Shown here: positions 26,813 through 32,000 of the stretch, piece by piece
Numbering within the stretch: position 1 is the stretch's first letter
Layout: each line of letters starts with the position of its first letter
Origin: an uncultured archaeon
GTDB taxonomy: Archaea > Asgardarchaeota > Thorarchaeia > Thorarchaeales > CAZPUN01
Direction: 5' to 3'
DNA length: 32,000 bases
Assembly (NCBI GenBank): GCA_964589775.1
Contig: CAZPUN010000026.1
Location: 4,557-36,556, forward strand
Translations under genes and position numbers: made by a program
The notes under the pieces: model-generated
Databases searched by the model: none
Told to the model about the DNA's origin: nothing
The model's input: the letters and a program-made list of their open reading frames with translations, nothing else

Positions 26813-29281
26813 TTATCGCTTCTTAATCTTTATGGCTATTCCGACAAGTACTACGATCGCGATAAATATAGCCATAAATCCGGCATATTTTGATAGATCT
26901 GTAGGTACCTCTGTTGAGGCTTCAGAAACGATAAATGTGTATGTATTTGACTTGGCCATATTATTGTTTCCATCATACGCCGTAATATAGAATGTAACAT
27001 TGGTTCCCTCTGGCAAAATGCCTAATGAGTAATGAAATATAGATTCAGTTGTTTCAGCTTCCATTTCGCCAGTATGCATTTCACCGTTAATGTAGTATGT
27101 AATGTTCACACTGTGTATAACCTGATCAGATACCTTCGCTTTAATTATAATTTCACTACCTGCGTCCGGTGCATTCGGTTCTGTCCAGACCGAAATGAAC
27201 TTGGGCGGTACATCATCATACATTGGATTCTTACCTTGTTGATATTCCTGTAAGTTTGTAAGACCGTCTCCATCAGAATCTTGACTCGCATCAGAAGAAT
27301 TAGTTGGATTCAATCCATACTGTACTTCCCAACCATCTGGCATACCATCGCTATCAGTATCATTGTTTCTTGGATTTGTGTTATGCTGAAATTCTTGTAT
27401 GTTTGTGAGATTATCATTATCCAAGTCAAATGCGGCATCAGAAGAATTAGTTGGATTCAATTCATACTGTACTTCCCAACCATCTGGCATACTATCGCCA
27501 TCGGTATCAGGATTAGTTGCATTAGTATTATGCTGGTACTCCTGCACGTTTGTGAGTCCATCGTTATCTGCATCTAATGCGGCATCAGAAGAATTAGTTG
27601 GATTCAATTCATACTGTACTTCCCAACCATCTGGCATACCATCGCCATCGGTATCAGGATTAGTTGCATTAGTATGATATGTATTGATTTCTGCATAATC
27701 ACTTAATCCATCATTATCTGTATCACTACTGTTGGGATTTGTATGATATGTATTGACCTCTGCACTATCAAGTAGTCCATCACCATCTGTATCGGCATTC
27801 AAAGGATCTGTATGATATGTATTGACCTCTGCACCATCAAGTAGTCCATCTGCATCTGTGTCATTATTCAAAGGATTTGTATTGTATGTATAAACTTCTA
27901 CACCATCAAACAATCCGTCGCCATCTGTATCATTTACAGACATATCAGTACCTTTTCGAATTTCCCAGAAGTTCGATAAGGAATCATCATCATTATCTGC
28001 GGATACGATTTGCCAGTAATAGATATATTTCTCGCTACCATCAAAGTAGTTATGGTAACCAGCAATTATGAAATAATCAATACTACCACCTATGCCTGCA
28101 GGTGGTGTTGACACAAGACCCAAAGGATAATTATCATAGCCCGTGAAATGTGTTACATATTTTGTTGTTGTGAATGAATATGCATCTACAACCCAGAAGA
28201 ACTCATCAAGATAGGTATTTACAACATATCCGGTTATATAAACAGCAGATATACTTTTCATATAAATTGCGGTTGCTCTGCTATGTTTGGAAGATTCTGG
28301 AAAGGTAACAGATCCAGAAGCTGTAAGTGTATCGTTTGTATATCGTTCGAGGATAGCTACATTTACTTTATGACCCACAACATAAATATTATTAAGCGCA
28401 TCTGCAGTGATTCCAGTAAATACAACAGATCCATGATTGTCGGAACTTGTTGCTGTGCCTAATAAGGTTCCATCATATTTGTATTTTAGAATGATTCCTT
28501 GCTGAGCTGTTCCATTCGAAATCGCACCAGATACTAAAACTATTTGATCAATACCAGGATATACATAAATATCACAAGCAAAGTCTTCATCATTTGTATA
28601 GCTATTATCATATGTCTTATACCATATTACATTTCCAGCATCATCAAATTTGATTAATAGAATGTCAGAATCAGTGCTCGTTTTATTTACATAGCCTGCA
28701 ACATAAATTCCATTGCTTTCAGAATAGGAACTTCCATATACATGAACTCCTACAGTATCATATGATGGATCTGTTGGATATTGCCATGCTTTTGCCCATA
28801 CGAATGTTCCATCATTATTCAGCTTAACTAATAATAGGACCCAGTGGCCACTTGTTGAGTTGAATGTACGTCCTGTAATGTAAAGGTTTCCATTGGCACC
28901 ATATGTTATTCCATATCCATATTCATAATTTCCACTTACATCATATGTGTAATTCCATACTACATATCCAGACCTATTAATTTTTTCAACAAAAAGGTCC
29001 GTGTATGCAGATGAACCTTGTTGAACTGCACCTGTGACATAGAAATTACCACTATAGTCTGCTGCCACATCATATCCACGTGGTACTGCCCATTGACTAG
29101 TAATGTTTCGCTCATACACGAAAGCATAATCTGTCGTATCAGCTATAGAAACTTGAGTGTTTTGTATGTTGTCTTTATGTAATACAGACTGATTCATGTT
29201 GCTGGAGGGGATAAATGCAGAGACAAATAGGATTCCAAATGCTATGATAAAAACAATTTTTAGCTTATTGTTCATAATCAT
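26813..29281 (-). CDS. Membrane-anchored surface protein: SBBP-like beta-propeller + Ca-binding DxDxDG (bacterial TSP3-like) repeats + Ig-like domain
   Basis: Signal peptide, GNxYhTG and K.d.dG..vW repeats, many DTDGDG/PDGWE repeats, C-terminal TM plus KIKKR. SD AGGAGG. Confidence 0.88.
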   Translation of the reverse strand: MIMNNKLKIVFIIAFGILFVSAFIPSSNMNQSVLHKDNIQNTQVSIADTTDYAFVYERNITSQWAVPRGYDVAADYSGNFYVTGAVQQGSSAYTDLFVEKINRSGYVVWNYTYDVSGNYEYGYGITYGANGNLYITGRTFNSTSGHWVLLLVKLNNDGTFVWAKAWQYPTDPSYDTVGVHVYGSSYSESNGIYVAGYVNKTSTDSDILLIKFDDAGNVIWYKTYDNSYTNDEDFACDIYVYPGIDQIVLVSGAISNGTAQQGIILKYKYDGTLLGTATSSDNHGSVVFTGITADALNNIYVVGHKVNVAILERYTNDTLTASGSVTFPESSKHSRATAIYMKSISAVYITGYVVNTYLDEFFWVVDAYSFTTTKYVTHFTGYDNYPLGLVSTPPAGIGGSIDYFIIAGYHNYFDGSEKYIYYWQIVSADNDDDSLSNFWEIRKGTDMSVNDTDGDGLFDGVEVYTYNTNPLNNDTDADGLLDGAEVNTYHTDPLNADTDGDGLLDSAEVNTYHTNPNSSDTDNDGLSDYAEINTYHTNATNPDTDGDGMPDGWEVQYELNPTNSSDAALDADNDGLTNVQEYQHNTNATNPDTDGDSMPDGWEVQYELNPTNSSDAAFDLDNDNLTNIQEFQHNTNPRNNDTDSDGMPDGWEVQYGLNPTNSSDASQDSDGDGLTNLQEYQQGKNPMYDDVPPKFISVWTEPNAPDAGSEIIIKAKVSDQVIHSVNITYYINGEMHTGEMEAETTESIFHYSLGILPEGTNVTFYITAYDGNNNMAKSNTYTFIVSEASTEVPTDLSKYAGFMAIFIAIVVLVGIAIKIKKR
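27288..27880. repeat. Intragenic tandem repeats: three 147-bp units followed by 69-bp units
   Basis: GCATCAGAAGAATTAGTTGGATTCAAT starts at 27288, 27435 and 27582. GTATGATATGTATTGA recurs with a 69-bp period near 27672, 27741 and 27810. Confidence 0.9.
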
Positions 29282-29476
29282 AGGTCCTCCTTGATTATTA
29301 TCCTCCCAAATAATTGGGACAAAATATCATAAGATATCTTTGTTAATAAAAACTTTTTGTATAAAATGGAAGATATTATGCATGATTTATTAAAATAAAA
29401 AATTTATTATAAAAAAAATGACTTAAATAAAATAAAAATCATATGATTTCGAAAATATGAAACAGAAGCGAACACA

Positions 29477-30787
29477 ATGAAAGTTACCTATTCCGGAATA
29501 AAAAGCAAAAAGACAATCGATATACCAAATAGAGCAAGAAAACTTGAAATTCATGGGATACGCGAAATCGATTTAAATCAGTTTAGAGACTTAAAATTTT
29601 TAGAAGTTCTGGATCTAAAAATGGGAAAACTCAAATCTATCGATTTAACGCCATTAAAGAATTTACCAAAGTTACGGGTTATTGATTTACGAACAAACAC
29701 ATTAGAAGAGTTAAAGATACCCAAGGACGGATTTAGAAATTTAGAAGAATTCTTAGCTGGAGGAAATTGGGTATCGCGAATCAATCTGGGGCATTTTTCA
29801 GGTTTGGAGAATTTAAAAATCATTGATCTAACGTCGAATCAGTTAGAAGACCTTATGATTGAACAAGAGATGCGTCTCCCAAGCTTAGAACGGCTTACTT
29901 TGATTCAAAACCGACTAGAATCCTTCAACTTTGCACATTTTAACAAGCTGTATCACTTACGTAAGATAGAGTTATCTGAAAATAATATCAGACGTCTTAT
30001 ATTCCCTGAACGAATAATTATACCTGAACTTGAAGAACTGTGGTTGGATTCCAATAATTTAACAGAATTCAACATAGATCAACTGGAAAATACATCAATA
30101 AGAAAGCTCGTACTTGCGAAGAATAAAATTCAGAACATCAACATTAGTGAAACTGTCATTCTGCCACATTTAGAACTCTTACTACTTTTTGAAAATAAAC
30201 TATCAGACATAAAAATTTCACAACATAATTTTCCTAGTTTGAAGGTATTGGATCTTGATAGAAACAATCTGACCGACACAATTTTTGATTCTGAACTTCC
30301 AGAAGGTCTTACTGAATTATCGATTGGTGGAAATAGGCTTAAGGTATTCTCATTCTCTTGGCTTGAGCGATTAAAAAATCTCAGACGACTGTTTCTTCAT
30401 GATAATGAAATTGGTGAAATTGAACTCGAACGGAGTTTCTCGCTCCCCATCGAGTATCTAATGTTGGGAGGTAATCGATTACAAAATATTGACTTGAATA
30501 AGTTAAACTTGACAAATATTAAGCTTTTAGAGTTATCCGAAAATGAATTAACCGAGTTTAATCTGGATTTCCTACGACGTAGCAAGAATAAAAAAATCAT
30601 AATCGATTTGAAATACAATAAAATAGAGGAGATCTTAGTTGATAAAAGTGTTGTGGAAAAGATAGAGAAACTAGACCTTATGCGAAATCCTATCAAGCGA
30701 ATTAAGCTAAAAGGTTTAAAACGGGTTCCAGATTTCATTTGGCTCGATGATGAATTAGAAGGCTCAATTGATTTTATTTTTATTTAA
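29477..30787 (+). CDS. Leucine-rich repeat protein
   Basis: About 16 LxxLxLxxNxL repeats spanning nearly the whole protein; no signal peptide or TM seen. Confidence 0.93.
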   Translation: MKVTYSGIKSKKTIDIPNRARKLEIHGIREIDLNQFRDLKFLEVLDLKMGKLKSIDLTPLKNLPKLRVIDLRTNTLEELKIPKDGFRNLEEFLAGGNWVSRINLGHFSGLENLKIIDLTSNQLEDLMIEQEMRLPSLERLTLIQNRLESFNFAHFNKLYHLRKIELSENNIRRLIFPERIIIPELEELWLDSNNLTEFNIDQLENTSIRKLVLAKNKIQNINISETVILPHLELLLLFENKLSDIKISQHNFPSLKVLDLDRNNLTDTIFDSELPEGLTELSIGGNRLKVFSFSWLERLKNLRRLFLHDNEIGEIELERSFSLPIEYLMLGGNRLQNIDLNKLNLTNIKLLELSENELTEFNLDFLRRSKNKKIIIDLKYNKIEEILVDKSVVEKIEKLDLMRNPIKRIKLKGLKRVPDFIWLDDELEGSIDFIFI

Positions 30788-30849
30788 AACACATAATTTT
30801 TATTGCTGCACATAAATAACAATATTAGTATATAAGAGAGGTGTGAGAC

Positions 30850-31974
30850 ATGACTACAGAGAAGGAACTGCAGAAGGTTCTAAAGGAGTTCTGGGAAGAC
30901 GAGATCGTTGCTACAAATCTGTATGGCTTCTTGAGTAAGAAGACTTCAGATGAGGAACAAAAAAAACTATTTCGCTCGATTTCAGAAATGGAAGCAGGAC
31001 ACGCCGAAGCATGGCAAGAAATAGCGAATAAGATGCTAGGGATTACGTTCAAAGAAGGATTTGGCACACGATTACGAAAGTTTTACATGCGAATGTTGGC
31101 AAGAATACTGCCTTCGACCTTTATGATTAAATTTCTCGAATTAGATGAACAATCTGCAGTTATTGGATATTCTAAATTGTTAGAGCACGTAAAAGATGAT
31201 GAAGAAACAACGAAAAAAGTTCAGAAGATCATTCGCGATGAAGTACATCATGAAGGAACACTCATAAATCTGATAATGGAAAAGGCGGAATATCTGAGTC
31301 GCATCGGGGACGCCATTTACGGAATGACGGACTCACTCGTCGAAATACTCGCACTTGTGATCGGTTTAGCAGGATTGATTTCAAATCCAATTTTGATTGG
31401 TCTAGCAGGTATGATTTCTGCTATTGGCGGAACATTTTCGATGACTTCAGGTGCTTATTTATCTACGCAAAGTGAAAACGATATATATGAAGGAAAAATA
31501 CAAGAACTTGAAATTAAAGAGAAAGTTGTTCCAGACACGTTGAAAGATGATTTGAAAAGAGCTCTAATTGCGAAGAATGTAGAGGAATCTGTGGCAGATG
31601 AAGTAGTGTCGGTCTTAGAAAATGATACCAAGGGACTTGCAATCCTTCTAAAATCATTAGCTATTGAAGAATCTTACGAAGATGCAAAAGCATCTGCAAT
31701 TACTACGGGTAAATATTACATTTTAGGAGCTTTACCTGCGATCATTCCGTTCTTCCTTGGATTTGTGTTTCCGATATCCTCAATATGGGCATCCATAATT
31801 GCAATAGTTAGTGCAGCGATTATCTCATTCATAGCAGGTATATTCACTGCAGTTCTATCTGGGACAAAGATCAAATCAAAAGCAATGAAAAACGTATTGT
31901 TCATTATTGGCTCAGCAATGGCCACATACGTCATCGGAACTTTAGCTAGAATATTTTTAGGTATTGATGTATAA
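30850..31974 (+). CDS. Ferritin/rubrerythrin-like domain fused to a VIT1/CCC1 transporter
   Basis: N-terminal E..A...Y, E..H (EAGH, EVHH) diiron-type motifs. C-terminal DAIYGMTD, FSMTSGAYLS..SE and P..PF TM region. SD GAGGTG. Confidence 0.92.
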   Translation: MTTEKELQKVLKEFWEDEIVATNLYGFLSKKTSDEEQKKLFRSISEMEAGHAEAWQEIANKMLGITFKEGFGTRLRKFYMRMLARILPSTFMIKFLELDEQSAVIGYSKLLEHVKDDEETTKKVQKIIRDEVHHEGTLINLIMEKAEYLSRIGDAIYGMTDSLVEILALVIGLAGLISNPILIGLAGMISAIGGTFSMTSGAYLSTQSENDIYEGKIQELEIKEKVVPDTLKDDLKRALIAKNVEESVADEVVSVLENDTKGLAILLKSLAIEESYEDAKASAITTGKYYILGALPAIIPFFLGFVFPISSIWASIIAIVSAAIISFIAGIFTAVLSGTKIKSKAMKNVLFIIGSAMATYVIGTLARIFLGIDV

Positions 31975-32000
31975 AGCACAATTTTTTATTTTTTCTTTTT

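Noticed and set aside
27281-27677. Repetitive + strand ORFs, or a possible CRISPR or DGR-like repeat pair
   Set aside because: The repeats are in-frame coding units (147 and 69 bp) of the surface protein. There are no unique spacers and no reverse transcriptase in the window.
29304-29319. TCCCAA-N4-TTGGGA palindrome (and AAATCGA-N5-TCGATTT at 10090-10108)
   Set aside because: Short single palindromes in AT-rich leaders; no recurrence seen, so they cannot be distinguished from chance.

Overview
AT-rich archaeal chromosomal window. GGTGA/GGAGG Shine-Dalgarno motifs, TATA-like boxes and oligo-T terminators point to an archaeon. WD40, LRR, V4R-like, GvpD/KaiC-like, small-GTPase and large TM-anchored surface proteins are compatible with, but do not prove, an Asgard-type lineage. 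About 24 real CDSs are present. Housekeeping and transport genes: CDF exporter, glutamate dehydrogenase, Tpt1/KptA, uridine phosphorylase, SDR, MFS, GNAT, DUF47, saccharopine/lysine dehydrogenase and a ferritin-VIT1 fusion. Two large surface proteins are also encoded. The most novel-looking element is a four-gene minus-strand cluster (23860->17625). It encodes a ~16-TM membrane protein, a MinD/ParA-type ATPase with an internal MinD-like membrane-targeting helix, a 636-aa unknown with a possibly inactivated tubulin/FtsZ-like core, and a divergent MglA/CvnD-like GTPase. It is followed by a GC-rich 13-bp-stem candidate ncRNA and flanked by two V4R-like genes. At the window start, a degenerate copy of part of the CDF gene is interrupted in frame by a single CRISPR-repeat-like 36-mer. 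No rRNA, tRNA, transposase or CRISPR array was found. All family calls come from motif recognition by eye, not from database searches.
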